A stretch of 64,000 nt of DNA, taken from Candidatus Binataceae bacterium (GTDB lineage: Bacteria; Desulfobacterota; Binatia; Binatales; Binataceae). The first letter of the stretch is position 1, and the number at the start of each line of letters is the position of its first letter. The notes beneath the pieces are model-generated. The model saw only the letters and a list, made by a program, of their open reading frames with translations, was not told the DNA's origin and made no database searches. The DNA lies in the NCBI GenBank assembly GCA_963789715.1, contig CAWBLQ010000012.1, forward strand, positions 132,333 to 196,332. The letters run 5' to 3'. This document shows, in pieces, positions 35,855 to 46,409 of the stretch. Position numbers and translations under genes: made by a program.

Positions 35855-38800
35855 TCACCAGCTATCGACGTTGGGACGTTTCTTGCCGTTGCGCGGCGTC
35901 TTCGGCGGCGTCGAGCGCAGACCCGCGACGATCCATTTGCGCGAGTCGAGCGGATCGATGACGTCGTCGATCTCGAAGTGCGAGGCGGTGTTCACCGCCT
36001 TGCCGTGCCGATACATCCGCTCGACCATCTCGTCGAAGAGTTCCTTGCGCTTCCCGGGCTCCTCGACCGCGGCGAGCTCGTTGCGATAGCCAAGCTTCAC
36101 CGCTCCCTCCAATCCCATGCCGCCGAACTCTCCGGTCGGCCATGCGACCGTGAAAATCGGGGCCTTGAAGCTGCCGCCCGCCATCGCCTGCGCGCCCAAG
36201 CCGTAGCCCTTGCGCAGTATGATCGTAAAAAACGGCACGCTGATGTTTGCACCCGTCACGAACATCCGCGACGCATGCCGCACCAGCGCCGTCTTCTCGA
36301 CCTCCGGGCCAACCATGATGCCGGGAGTGTCGCACAGGAGCAGCAGCGGAATGTCGAACGCGTCACAGAGCTGCATGAACCGCGCGGCCTTGTCGGCGCC
36401 GTTGCTGTCGATCGCGCCCGCGAGATGGACCGGGTTGTTGGCGATGAGCCCGACCGGGCGTCCTTCGATCCTGATCAACGCCGTCACCATCCCGGGACCG
36501 AAGTGGCGCCGAACCTCGAGCACCGACCCGGTGTCGGCCAGCGTCTCGATGACCGCGCGGACGTCGTAGATGCGAAGGCGGTTCTCGGGAATAATCGTGC
36601 GCAACAAGCGCTGATCGGCGCATAGCCAGTCGCGAACCTCTCCCTGAAAATAGGATAGGTACTTCTTCGCCACTTGTACTGCTTCGGCTTCGTCGGCGAC
36701 GGGAATGTCTACTACGCCATTAGCTACTTGCACCTCCAGCGGACCTACTTCTTCCGGCCGGAATATACCCAGTCCGCCGCCTTCGATCATCGCGGGACCA
36801 CCCATTCCGATGTTCGATCCTTTCGTCGCGATTACTACATCGCAACATCCCAGCAATGCCGCATTGCCGGCGAAGCACCGGCCCGAGTTGATACCAACCA
36901 GCGGCACGAGCCCGCTCAATTTTCCCCAGTAGTTGAACGCCATGCAGTCGAGTCCCGCGACGCCCAACCCGTCGGTATCTCCCGGGCGGCCGCCGCCGCC
37001 CTCGGTGAAGAACACCACTGGCAGGCGCGACTTCTGCGCGATTTCGAACATCCTGTCTTTCTTGCGATGGTTCTGTTGCCCCTGCGTACCGGCGAGCACG
37101 GTGTAGTCGTACGACATCAGGATGCACTGTGCTTTGGATTCCTCGAACAGGTCGCCGTTGACGCGCCCGATGCCGGCGACCATGCCGTCGGCCGGCGTGT
37201 TTTTGATCAGGTCCTCGATCGTGCGCCGCCGCCGCTGCGCCGCGATCACCAGCGGACCGTACTCGACGAAGGTGCCCGGGTCGCACAGGTCGTCGATATT
37301 TTCGCGCGTGGTGCGCTGTCCCGTCTTGCGCCGGCGCGCGACCGCGTCGGGCCGCGCCGCGTCGAGTCCCAACGCGTGACGCTCGGCCACTTCCGCAAGG
37401 TCGGGCCGCACGCGATCCAAATCCAGTTCCTCGGCCTCGGCGCTATTCGTCGTTTCGACGTCGGCCTCCTCGATGAACGCCAGCGGATGCCCTTCGAAAA
37501 TTGCATCGCCCTTGGCAACCGTGATGCGCCGCACGATTCCGCTCTTGTCGGCGCCGATAACGTGTTCCATTTTCATCGCTTCCATGACGAACAATTGCTG
37601 GCCGCGATGCACCCTGTCGCCTTCGCTGACATCGATCGAAACGATCGTGCCCTGCATCGGAGCCTCGATCGCCACCGTGTTTTCCGGCGCCGTGATGTCG
37701 TGCACTTGCGGCGTCACGACCGTTGCGGACGCCGCCAACGGCGACGCCGCGTCACTCCCGGATTTGCCGTGATGGAGCACCGCCAGCGGATCGCTGGCGT
37801 CGATCTTTGCTCCCGCTCGCCGCGCGCCGGCCGGTTCCGCACCCGCTCTGGGAGCCGGCGTCGAACGATCGAAGAAAAGCCGCCGATGTCCGGATTTTTC
37901 GCTTTCGCTGCCAACCAGTGCCGCGATATTGTCCTCGACGAAGCGGGTGTAGATGCGATTCGCGATGAACTCGGGATGCTGCAGCAGGCTCTGGAGAAAT
38001 CCGATGTTGGTCGGCACGCCCTCAATTTTGAATTCGCACAGCGCGCGATAGGTCCTCGTCACTACGTCGGCGAAGTCCGCCGAATGCGAATGCGCGATCA
38101 GCTTGGCGAGCAGCGAATCGAAGTGCGAGCTGGTCGCGTAGCCGGCGTAGGCGAACGAATCGGTCCGCACGCGCGGCCCCGACGGCGCCTCGAACGCGGT
38201 GATCGTCCCGCCCGCCGGCTTCGCGCTGCCATCGGCGCGCATCGACTCCATGTTGATTCGCACCTGCATCGCGAACCCGCGCGGCCTGGGAATTTCCGCC
38301 TGTCGCATCCCGAGCTCCGCGAGCGAGCTGCCCGCCGCCAGTTGAATCTGCAGCTTGACGAGATCGATGCCGGTCACCTCTTCCGTGACCGTGTGCTCGA
38401 CCTGGAGGCGCGGGTTGGCCTCGATGAATGCGAAACGCGCCTCGTCGTTCTTCGCGGACGCGTCGGCGTTGACGAGAAACTCGAACGTGCCGAGATTGTC
38501 GTAGCGCACCTCCTTCGCCATCCGCACCGCGGCCGCCGTCAGCCGATCGCGAAGCGCCGGCGCCAGCCCCGGACTCGGCGCTATCTCGACGATCTTCTGG
38601 TTGCGGCGCTGGATGCTGCATTCGCGCTCCCAGAGGTGGCTGACGTTGCCCGAGCCGTCGCCGACGATCTGCACTTCTATGTGCCGCGCGCGCGGCATCA
38701 ACTGCTCGACGTACACGTCGCCGTTGCCGAACGACGCACGCGCCTCGGACTGGCAGCGCTTGTATGCTTCCTCGATTTCTTCGGGGCGCGACACGGCGCG

Positions 38801-39307
38801 CATCCCGCGGCCGCCACCGCCGGCGACGGCTTTGATCATCATCGAAGCGCTCTCGCCGAGCGACAAGAAAAACGCCCGCGCTTCATCGAGGCTCGTCGGC
38901 CCGAGGCTGCCGCGCAGGATCGGCACGCCGCATCGCTCGGCCAGCGCTCGCGCCTGTATCTTGTCGCCGAAGAGCTCGAGTATTTCGGCACGCGGTCCTA
39001 CAAACGTAATACCTTCGATGGCGCATCGCCGGGCGAAGCCGGCGTTCTCGCTGAGAAAGCCGTAGCCGGGATGGATCGCGTCGCAGCCCGCCGTTTTGGC
39101 GAGCGCAATAATCTGTTCTCCATCGAGATACGCGGCCGCGCCCACGCCGCTCAGACGGCGGGCCTCGTCGGCCTTGCGCGTGTGCAGCGAATTGGAATCG
39201 TCGTCCGGGAAAACGGCCACGGTGCGGATGCCCATCTCGGCGGCCGCGCGGATGACGCGAATTGCGATCTCGCCACGGTTGGCGATCAGAAGACTGTTCG
39301 GAGTCAT
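35855..39307 (-). CDS. Single-chain biotin-dependent acyl-CoA carboxylase (BC + BCCP + CT fused)
   Basis: ANRGEIA, HPGYGFLSEN, RECSIQRRNQK, EAMKME biotin site, YDYTVLAGTQG, CDTPGIMVGP. Confidence 0.93.
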   Translation of the reverse strand: MTPNSLLIANRGEIAIRVIRAAAEMGIRTVAVFPDDDSNSLHTRKADEARRLSGVGAAAYLDGEQIIALAKTAGCDAIHPGYGFLSENAGFARRCAIEGITFVGPRAEILELFGDKIQARALAERCGVPILRGSLGPTSLDEARAFFLSLGESASMMIKAVAGGGGRGMRAVSRPEEIEEAYKRCQSEARASFGNGDVYVEQLMPRARHIEVQIVGDGSGNVSHLWERECSIQRRNQKIVEIAPSPGLAPALRDRLTAAAVRMAKEVRYDNLGTFEFLVNADASAKNDEARFAFIEANPRLQVEHTVTEEVTGIDLVKLQIQLAAGSSLAELGMRQAEIPRPRGFAMQVRINMESMRADGSAKPAGGTITAFEAPSGPRVRTDSFAYAGYATSSHFDSLLAKLIAHSHSADFADVVTRTYRALCEFKIEGVPTNIGFLQSLLQHPEFIANRIYTRFVEDNIAALVGSESEKSGHRRLFFDRSTPAPRAGAEPAGARRAGAKIDASDPLAVLHHGKSGSDAASPLAASATVVTPQVHDITAPENTVAIEAPMQGTIVSIDVSEGDRVHRGQQLFVMEAMKMEHVIGADKSGIVRRITVAKGDAIFEGHPLAFIEEADVETTNSAEAEELDLDRVRPDLAEVAERHALGLDAARPDAVARRRKTGQRTTRENIDDLCDPGTFVEYGPLVIAAQRRRRTIEDLIKNTPADGMVAGIGRVNGDLFEESKAQCILMSYDYTVLAGTQGQQNHRKKDRMFEIAQKSRLPVVFFTEGGGGRPGDTDGLGVAGLDCMAFNYWGKLSGLVPLVGINSGRCFAGNAALLGCCDVVIATKGSNIGMGGPAMIEGGGLGIFRPEEVGPLEVQVANGVVDIPVADEAEAVQVAKKYLSYFQGEVRDWLCADQRLLRTIIPENRLRIYDVRAVIETLADTGSVLEVRRHFGPGMVTALIRIEGRPVGLIANNPVHLAGAIDSNGADKAARFMQLCDAFDIPLLLLCDTPGIMVGPEVEKTALVRHASRMFVTGANISVPFFTIILRKGYGLGAQAMAGGSFKAPIFTVAWPTGEFGGMGLEGAVKLGYRNELAAVEEPGKRKELFDEMVERMYRHGKAVNTASHFEIDDVIDPLDSRKWIVAGLRSTPPKTPRNGKKRPNVDSW

Positions 39308-39454
39308 ATTTCTCTCGTTTCGCGTTTCAGTTCGCTGAATCGTCGCCTGAATCTGTATCTAAAGCATGATGACCCCGCCGCGTGAAAGCGGCGCACTCCG
39401 GTCCCGTCAGAGCGGCCACGTTGAGCGAGCGCCGATGCACAGCTATAGTTCTCG

Positions 39455-40336
39455 GTGACTGATGGTATGCGATTCCGCGTCAAACACGTCACGCGATACG
39501 TCTACGAACGGCCGGCCTCTCATTCGCACAACGACGTGCGGCTGACTCCAATCGACGCGCCCGATCAGAAGCGCGTCGCTTTCAAGCTCGATGTCACGCC
39601 GGCGGCCGAGATCTCCGAGTATCGGGACGCCTTCGGCAACCTCACGCATTCGATCCATATCCAGCCGCCGCACACCGAGCTGATAATCAGCTCGGAATCG
39701 GTGGTCGACCGGATCGCGCTGCCCGCTCAACCGTCCACGCGGATCACGGTTCACGATTACCTGGCTGGCGATTCGGACAGAATAAAGGAATACGCGGAGT
39801 TTCTGAATCCCAGCCGCTACGTGCCATTCAGCGATCGGTTGCGAAAGTTTTTCTGGTCAGTGCGCCCCCAGCTATCCGAAGATATCACGGCGTACACCGA
39901 GCGCATGATTCTTTATGTGCGCAATCAGTTTGGCTATGACGGCGGCACCACCAACGTCCATTCCACCGTTGACGACATACTCACCAGCGGCGGCGGAGTA
40001 TGTCAGGACTTCGCGCACCTCAGTATAGGTCTGCTCCGCCTGGCGGGGATTCCCGCCCGCTACGTTTCCGGCTATCTCGCTCCCGACCCGGCCCGCAATG
40101 CCAAGTCTCCGCCACCCGAACTGGCAAGCCACGCGTGGATCGAGGCGCTTTTGCCCGGTGCCGGATGGACCGGATTCGATCCGACGCATAGAACGCGTAC
40201 CATGATTCGCCACATTCGCCTCGCGGTCGGCAGGGACTACAATGACTTACCTCCAGTGTCCGGGGTTTATAACAGCGGGGGTGGCGACCGCCGCATGGCC
40301 TATGAGTTAGAAGTAAGTCTCGTAGCAGCGGCCTAG
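39455..40336 (+). CDS. Transglutaminase-like family protein (bacterial transglutaminase N-terminal domain + core)
   Basis: H.TRY.Y, DAFGN, GVCQDFAH, IPARYVSGY, HAW, GFDPT, GRDY.D..P..G. Confidence 0.9.
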   Translation: MTDGMRFRVKHVTRYVYERPASHSHNDVRLTPIDAPDQKRVAFKLDVTPAAEISEYRDAFGNLTHSIHIQPPHTELIISSESVVDRIALPAQPSTRITVHDYLAGDSDRIKEYAEFLNPSRYVPFSDRLRKFFWSVRPQLSEDITAYTERMILYVRNQFGYDGGTTNVHSTVDDILTSGGGVCQDFAHLSIGLLRLAGIPARYVSGYLAPDPARNAKSPPPELASHAWIEALLPGAGWTGFDPTHRTRTMIRHIRLAVGRDYNDLPPVSGVYNSGGGDRRMAYELEVSLVAAA

Positions 40337-41211
40337 GATTTGATCTCCTCGGAGCCGTCCAGTCGCTTCGATAGATCGATCGGGTCGCCTACTCTAACCT
40401 GAGCAGGATCGACCTGGTATGCCCATACCTCAAACCTGGTCAGGCGCGCAGGTCCATAGACAGTCGCAAAGGCGCACTCGACTGCGTCCAGCCCTTGCGC
40501 GATCTTTATTCGCCCTATCCTGGGTTCGTTGTAGCGCGCGTCAAAGACGTGCCATTGGCCGCCAAGATACACTTCGCTGTACGCGTGAAAATCCATCGGC
40601 GATCCGGGATCGACGTGTCCTATGTCCGGCAAATGGCCGGTGACGTATCGCGCCGGCAGGTTGAACGTCCGGCACAGCGCAATCGTGCAATGAGCAAAGT
40701 CGCGGCAGACGCCATAGCCTCGTTCGATGATTTGCGCGGCTGAAATGTCCGGTCTTCCAGAGCCGAAGCGGTACTCGATGTTGTTATGGACCCAGTCGGA
40801 GATGGCCTGCACGCGTTCACCCGCGTCGTATATGTGTCCAAACTTCTCCCTGGCGAATGCGAACAGCTTGTCTGAATCGCAATACCTGCTGGGCAGGAGG
40901 TAACGCAAAAAAGCGGGCTCGAGCGTGGCGACTAATGGCGCGTCGCCGAGTTGCTCGGGCTTGTCTGTGGCGGTGGGCACGTCCACCAGCGCGTCGTGCT
41001 GAATCTCGTTCAGGCCGGTGTCCAGAATGACGCGGTAGGCGACGTTGCCGTCGGCGTCGGCGAACGTTTCGGACTTGGTGGCGCGCCCGAAGTCGAGCTT
41101 CTCGTGCCGTATGGGCCGGTCGGCGTCGAATCGCGGATTGACCAACAGTATAACCGTTGCCGCCGATTCGCATTCAAAATGAATGTTACAACCAACGCGG
41201 ACCGTAAGCAT
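40333..41211 (-). CDS. Transglutaminase-like family protein
   Basis: YLLPSRYCDSD, GVCRDFAH, PARYVTG, MDFHAY.EV.LGG.W..FDAR. Confidence 0.9.
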   Translation of the reverse strand: MLTVRVGCNIHFECESAATVILLVNPRFDADRPIRHEKLDFGRATKSETFADADGNVAYRVILDTGLNEIQHDALVDVPTATDKPEQLGDAPLVATLEPAFLRYLLPSRYCDSDKLFAFAREKFGHIYDAGERVQAISDWVHNNIEYRFGSGRPDISAAQIIERGYGVCRDFAHCTIALCRTFNLPARYVTGHLPDIGHVDPGSPMDFHAYSEVYLGGQWHVFDARYNEPRIGRIKIAQGLDAVECAFATVYGPARLTRFEVWAYQVDPAQVRVGDPIDLSKRLDGSEEIKS

Positions 41212-41239
41212 CCAGCACCTTCAAACGCAATGCGAATAG

Positions 41240-41863
41240 CTATCCGCCATTGCGAAGCCGATCGAAGAACTCGGCGAACAACGGAAGGTAAAGCGGATCT
41301 CGTTCGGGATGATATTGGACTCCTATCACGCAAGGATGCGAGCGCAATCTCGCCTGTTCGACTATTCCGTCGCTCGCCGACCAGGCCTCGACCTCGATGC
41401 CGTCGGCCAGCTTCTCGAGGGCCTGGTGATGCGAGCTGTTCACCGCCGCGAATCGATGAATCGCGTTCGAGCTGTGGCGGAGCGGCTGGATGTTCCCCGT
41501 CTCCGCATTGTCATGGCCGGGAATATCGATATGCAAGGTCCCACCGATCGCGACATTCAGCACCTGCAGACCTCGGCAAATCGCGAGGATAGGTTTTCCT
41601 GAGGAGAGCGCTTCGCTGACCGCCTTGAACTCCCACTCGTCGCGCTCGCTGTCGGTATCGACAATCAACGACGGCTGCGCGATTGGCTGGCGCAGAAAGC
41701 CGGGCGAAATGTCGCCGCCGCCAGTCAACATCAACGCATCCATTTGCCCCAGATCGACCGGATGCGATCGAGCGTTATGCACCGTCAGATGCGGATAACG
41801 GCTGAATATGATGGTGAACCAATGTTCGTCGCATTGGCGAACCCACGTCGCGACACTCGGCAT
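41240..41863 (-). CDS. Gamma-glutamyl-gamma-aminobutyrate hydrolase family (peptidase C26, class I glutamine amidotransferase fold)
   Basis: LTGGGDI, AICRGLQVLNVA.GG.L, VNSSHHQA, GVQYHPE. Confidence 0.88.
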   Translation of the reverse strand: MPSVATWVRQCDEHWFTIIFSRYPHLTVHNARSHPVDLGQMDALMLTGGGDISPGFLRQPIAQPSLIVDTDSERDEWEFKAVSEALSSGKPILAICRGLQVLNVAIGGTLHIDIPGHDNAETGNIQPLRHSSNAIHRFAAVNSSHHQALEKLADGIEVEAWSASDGIVEQARLRSHPCVIGVQYHPERDPLYLPLFAEFFDRLRNGG

Positions 41864-42028
41864 TTCTAACCTGTCTGGAAAAACTCGATCATTAGAATCG
41901 ATAACGGCAATGCTCGCTATTGAGACTACGGCTACCCCGCGATTGTCGCAAATTCGACCGCAGCTCCGCTCTTGCGACGAATCCGTGCGCCACCTATGTA
42001 CAGTGTCACCTCGAGGGGGCGGGAGCGC

Positions 42029-43753
42029 ATGAAGATTCACAAATCCGGGTTGGCGGTATTGATCGCGACGCTTTGCTGCGTCGCCGCGACCGGCTTGACC
42101 AGCGCCGCCAGCTCTCCGGCGGCAAGTCCGACCCTCAACGCTGCCCCGCCTGCCGGCGCCGCAGCTCCGGTTCCGGGCGATCTCGGCACTCTGATCGCCG
42201 CAGGCAAGATCCCGGACTTGCGCTGGCCCGACTTCACTGACTATCGCGACGATGTAAAAAAATTCTACAGCCAGGGTGGCGATTCGCTGGCGTGGATCCA
42301 GAACGGCAAGGCCAGCCCTCAAGCCGTCTCGATGATATTGCTCTTTCAGCAGGCCGCTTCGATGGGCCTCAACCCCGAGGACTATGACGCTTCGCGATGG
42401 GACGCGCGACTGGCCAAGCTGCAACCGTCGGCGCCGAAGGCGTCAGCCTCCGACCTCGCAGTTATCGATCTGGCGCTGACTGTATCCGCGATGCGCTATA
42501 TTTCCGACCTGCATGTTGGAAGGGTGAACCCGCAACGCTTCAAATTCGGCTTGACCGTCGGGCCCGCGCGGATTGACCTGGCCGAGCTGCTGAGGACGCA
42601 GGTGCTTCCGGCGTCGGACATTCCCGCAGTCCTTGCGAAAGTCGAACCACCTTACGACGGTTACCGACGCGCCGAAGACGCGCTCCTCACCTACTCGAAG
42701 ATGGCGAGCGCGGGCGACGCTCCGCTCATCCCGGTGCCGCAAAAGGGCGTACGTCCCGGAAATTCCTTTGCGTCGATACCTCAGCTAGCCGCTCGACTGC
42801 GTCAGCTCGGCGACCTCCCGGCCAACGCCGACGTGCCGGCCGACTCGACCGTCTACAGCGGCGCGGTCGTTGCCGCGGTGAAACATTTCCAGCGTCGGCA
42901 TGGGCTCGATACTGACGGCGTGTTGGGCAAGGGTACGGTGACGCAACTGAACGTGCCGCTCAAAACTCGCGTGCAACAACTCCAACTCACGCTGGAGCGC
43001 TATCGCTGGATACCGCCGGACTTCCCCGACCCGCCAATCGTTGTCAATATCCCCGAGTTTCGACTGCGTACTCTGCGCCACCAACCGGCCAACTACCTGA
43101 CGATGAGAGTTGTCGTCGGCAGGGCGATGCATACGCAGACGCCCGTGTTCGCGGACAACATGAAGTATTTGATCTTCCGCCCGTATTGGCTGGTTCCGCT
43201 CTCGATCCAGCGCAACGAGCTGGTTCCAAAAGCCCGCCGCGATCCCAACTACCTGGCAGACCATGGATTCGAAGTTGTAGACGGAAGCGGCAGCGTCGTC
43301 GCTTCATCGCCGGCGTCGGACGACGTGATAAGCGGCCTTCGTTCCGGCGCACTGAGCGTCCGGCAAATACCCGGGCCCAAGAATGCGCTCGGCCTGGTCA
43401 AGTTCATCTTCCCCAATCAATACAACGTGTACCTGCACAGCACGCCGGAACCGGAATTGTTCTCGCGGTCGCGCCGCGACTTCAGTCACGGATGCATCCG
43501 GGTTGAGGATCCGGTGGCGCTGGCGGCGTGGGTGTTGCGCGACAAGCCCGAGTGGACGGTGGACAAAATCCGCGCCACGATGAACGGCGATACCACCGTA
43601 CAAGTGAATCTCGACAAGCCTATTCCAGTACTCATTCTATATAGTACTGCGGTAGTGGAGCCCGATGGCGAAGTCCGTTTCTTCGACGACATATATGGCT
43701 ATGACAAGTCGCTGGAACAAGTACTAGCGAACGGCCCTCCATATCCAGGTTGA
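42029..43753 (+). CDS. L,D-transpeptidase, YcbB/LdtD-like, with PG-binding domain
   Basis: AVKHFQRRHGL..DG, VNIPEF, NALGLVKF.FPN...VYLH.TP, SHGCIRV. Confidence 0.92.
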   Translation: MKIHKSGLAVLIATLCCVAATGLTSAASSPAASPTLNAAPPAGAAAPVPGDLGTLIAAGKIPDLRWPDFTDYRDDVKKFYSQGGDSLAWIQNGKASPQAVSMILLFQQAASMGLNPEDYDASRWDARLAKLQPSAPKASASDLAVIDLALTVSAMRYISDLHVGRVNPQRFKFGLTVGPARIDLAELLRTQVLPASDIPAVLAKVEPPYDGYRRAEDALLTYSKMASAGDAPLIPVPQKGVRPGNSFASIPQLAARLRQLGDLPANADVPADSTVYSGAVVAAVKHFQRRHGLDTDGVLGKGTVTQLNVPLKTRVQQLQLTLERYRWIPPDFPDPPIVVNIPEFRLRTLRHQPANYLTMRVVVGRAMHTQTPVFADNMKYLIFRPYWLVPLSIQRNELVPKARRDPNYLADHGFEVVDGSGSVVASSPASDDVISGLRSGALSVRQIPGPKNALGLVKFIFPNQYNVYLHSTPEPELFSRSRRDFSHGCIRVEDPVALAAWVLRDKPEWTVDKIRATMNGDTTVQVNLDKPIPVLILYSTAVVEPDGEVRFFDDIYGYDKSLEQVLANGPPYPG

Positions 43754-43800
43754 TTAGCCACTCCAATAGTCATTCGTATAGTCACTCGCATATGTAAATT

Positions 43801-44637
43801 TCAGGCGACGCCGTGCTCCTTGAACCAGGCCTGCATCCGCTTCCATCCATCTTTGGCGGCTTGCGGATTGTAGCTGGGACGATAGTCGGCGTTGAAGCCG
43901 TGGCCGGCATCGGGATAGATGACGATTTCGGACGGCTTGCCCGCGGCCTTGAGCGCGGCGCGCATCTGCTCGACCTGCGCAACCGGGATTCCCATGTCGG
44001 CGCCGCCGTAGAGACCGAGAATCGGCGCGTTGATCTGATCCACCAAATCGATCGCGTTCTTCGGCCTGATGTCCGCCTTCGGCGGCTGCAGCGGCCCGTA
44101 CCACGCTACGCCAGCTTTGAGTGACGGGTTGTGCGCGGCATAAAGCCAGACTTGCCGGCCGCCCCAGCAGAAGCCGACGATGCCGAGTTTCGTGGTGTCA
44201 GCGTTGCCCGTGCTTTTCGCCCATGCGACTGTCGCGTCGAGATCCGAGGCAACCTGTTGGTCCGGCACTTTGGCGACGACCTTCGCGATGATCTGCTTAA
44301 CGTCACTCATGCTCGTGACGTCGCCCTCACGCGAATAGAGCAGCGGCGCCACCGCAAAGTAGCCCAGCTTGGCCAGCCGCCGGCAAATGTCCTTGATATG
44401 TTCGTGGACGCCAAAAATCTCGTGCACGACCAGCACGGTCGGAAAAGGTCCTCCGCTCGCCGGCATCGCGCGATACGCGGGAATCTCGCCGCCTGCGACC
44501 GGAATCTTGACCTCGCCGGCGACCAAGCCGTTGCTGTCGGTCGTAATGGTGTCGGCCGACACCGGCATCGCGGCCAGCGCGAAGCCGGCAGCTAGACTGC
44601 CCACCACGAATGCGCGACGCGATAGTTGAGTTTTCAT
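43801..44637 (-). CDS. Dienelactone hydrolase family protein (Tat signal)
   Basis: [33 protein letters not shown]. Confidence 0.9.
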   Translation of the reverse strand: MKTQLSRRAFVVGSLAAGFALAAMPVSADTITTDSNGLVAGEVKIPVAGGEIPAYRAMPASGGPFPTVLVVHEIFGVHEHIKDICRRLAKLGYFAVAPLLYSREGDVTSMSDVKQIIAKVVAKVPDQQVASDLDATVAWAKSTGNADTTKLGIVGFCWGGRQVWLYAAHNPSLKAGVAWYGPLQPPKADIRPKNAIDLVDQINAPILGLYGGADMGIPVAQVEQMRAALKAAGKPSEIVIYPDAGHGFNADYRPSYNPQAAKDGWKRMQAWFKEHGVA

Positions 44638-44660
44638 ATTTCTCAGTTTCTCCAAGACAG

Positions 44661-45608
44661 TTAGCTGGAACGCAAGGGAGTTTCGCGCATGAAGCGGATG
44701 GTGTCGTCCAAATCGCGGATGCCCGCGTCTGAGCCGAGGCCTTGCGCGACCATCGCCGCCGCGGCATTGCCGAGCTTCATGCATTCCGGCGGCGGCCAGC
44801 CCAGCCGCAGAGCGCGAATGAAGCCGGCGCAATACGCGTCGCCACATCCCGACGTGTCAACCACCGTAATATCGTGCGCCGCCAGAAACACACGACCGCG
44901 CGCGGTCGTCAGCATGCTGCCCTCGCCACCCATCGTGAGCACAACTCCACCGATGCCGAGGAGGAGCAGCTGGATGGCTGCCTGTTCCGGGGTGCGTGAC
45001 TCCGTCAGTTGGCAAGCTTGATCGGCGTTGGGCATGAACCAATCGACGAACGGCAAGCACGGCTTCAGGATGTCGAGCAGCCTGGGCGAGCCTTCGCTCA
45101 AGATGTCCATGCTGGTGGTCGCGCCGCCATCACGCGCGCGCCGGAGGATTTGCGCGGCTCCATTGCGCCCGAGCCCGCGCATCGAATCGCTGCCGCCGAG
45201 ATGCAGATGCGCGGCGTTCTCGATCAACGACCAGGGTACGTCGTCGATCGAATAGGCGGCGTTGGCTCCGATCGCGTGAAGCGCGGGCCGGTCTCCGTTT
45301 GGTCGAATTGGAAGTATGCTCGCCGAGGTTTGTACGCCGGGCTTGCGAACAACGTGGCTGGTATCGACGCCGAAGCTGTTCAACGCGCGGATGAGCAGAT
45401 CGCCAAGCGCATCGTCGCCGACAGCGCCCGCCGTCGCAACGGAGAGTCCCAATTTCGCCAGGCCGACCGCGGTGCCCGCCGCAGACCCGGCCGGCGCGAG
45501 GCGAATCTCGTCGAGCAGCACGCTGCCCTGGCCCTCGGGGATGTGAGTGACGTAGCGGCCGAGGATGTCGAGGATGTGCGCGCCGAGCGTCACCACCTGG
45601 CCGCTCAT
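44661..45608 (-). CDS. PfkB family carbohydrate kinase
   Basis: AGSAAGTA...[24 protein letters not shown]. Confidence 0.9.
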   Translation of the reverse strand: MSGQVVTLGAHILDILGRYVTHIPEGQGSVLLDEIRLAPAGSAAGTAVGLAKLGLSVATAGAVGDDALGDLLIRALNSFGVDTSHVVRKPGVQTSASILPIRPNGDRPALHAIGANAAYSIDDVPWSLIENAAHLHLGGSDSMRGLGRNGAAQILRRARDGGATTSMDILSEGSPRLLDILKPCLPFVDWFMPNADQACQLTESRTPEQAAIQLLLLGIGGVVLTMGGEGSMLTTARGRVFLAAHDITVVDTSGCGDAYCAGFIRALRLGWPPPECMKLGNAAAAMVAQGLGSDAGIRDLDDTIRFMRETPLRSS

Positions 45609-46339
45609 CAGCGACTCGGCTCCGGCGCGCGAGCAGCCTGCTTGCGCGCGATGCTGCGTTCTTGCTTGCGCGCGATTTCGCGATCCTGGCGCGCGATGAC
45701 CGCGGCATGAAGCTGTGCGACGGTCTTCTCAGGAAGAACGGTCACCGGCATCCCGGTCGCGAGCGCCTGCATGTAGATCGTGGCGGATTTCTCGAGCAAC
45801 TCCACAAAGGTGAAGGTCTTGTCGAGGTCGGCGCCGACACACAGCGTGCCGTGGTTCTGAAGTATGTAGCAATGGCATCGATTGGCGAGCTTGCGCGCGA
45901 CGTGGTCGTGCAGTTCGCGCGAGCCCGACAGGGCATACGGCACGACGTCGATAGTATTGCCTATCGCCAGCGTGACCTCGTCGAACAGGGGCGGAATCGG
46001 CTGGTTCAGCACGCTGAGCACGCTCGCGAATGTTTGATGAGTATGAATGACGGCGCTGACGTCGGCGCGCACCCTGTAGGTCGCGACGTGCATGGGAGTT
46101 TCGATCGACGGCTTGCGCTCGCCCTCGATTTTAGCGAGGTCGAAGTCCACGACGCAGATGTCCTCGACCGTCATCGTGTCGTACGGGATGCGCGTCGGCG
46201 TGACGACGACGGCGTCCTCGCCCTCGACGAGCATCGAGACGTTGCCCGCGCTGCCCGACTTGGATCCGAAGAAGCCATCCGCCGACAGCCGCCGGCTGAC
46301 GCGCAGGACGTGCTGTTTGTAGTCGTCGTAGCGTCCCAT
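45608..46339 (-). CDS. Class II aldolase/adducin family protein (FucA-like)
   Basis: AGNVS, PSIETPMH...Y, VIHTH, LQNHG. Confidence 0.88.
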   Translation of the reverse strand: MGRYDDYKQHVLRVSRRLSADGFFGSKSGSAGNVSMLVEGEDAVVVTPTRIPYDTMTVEDICVVDFDLAKIEGERKPSIETPMHVATYRVRADVSAVIHTHQTFASVLSVLNQPIPPLFDEVTLAIGNTIDVVPYALSGSRELHDHVARKLANRCHCYILQNHGTLCVGADLDKTFTFVELLEKSATIYMQALATGMPVTVLPEKTVAQLHAAVIARQDREIARKQERSIARKQAARAPEPSR

Positions 46340-46344
46340 TTCAG

Positions 46345-46396
46345 AAAAACGCCGCCCCCGGGTATCGCTTGAATCTCACGATACCGCGGGGGCGGC
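46345..46396 (-). terminator. Intrinsic terminator after the aldehyde dehydrogenase gene
   Basis: Minus strand GCCGCCCCCGCGGTATCG...CGATACCCGGGGGCGGC followed by GTTTTT. Confidence 0.75.
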
Positions 46397-46409
46397 AAAT
46401 CTCAACACA

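Noticed and set aside
36674-39385. 903-aa plus-strand ORF, and similar ORFs at 26776..28428, 25474..26763 and 10594..11832
   Set aside because: Antisense shadows of well-supported genes in high-GC DNA, with no motifs.
41864-42424. N-terminal extension of the C26 hydrolase overlapping the L,D-transpeptidase
   Set aside because: Family similarity starts at MPSVATW (41863); the extension is antisense to a clear gene.
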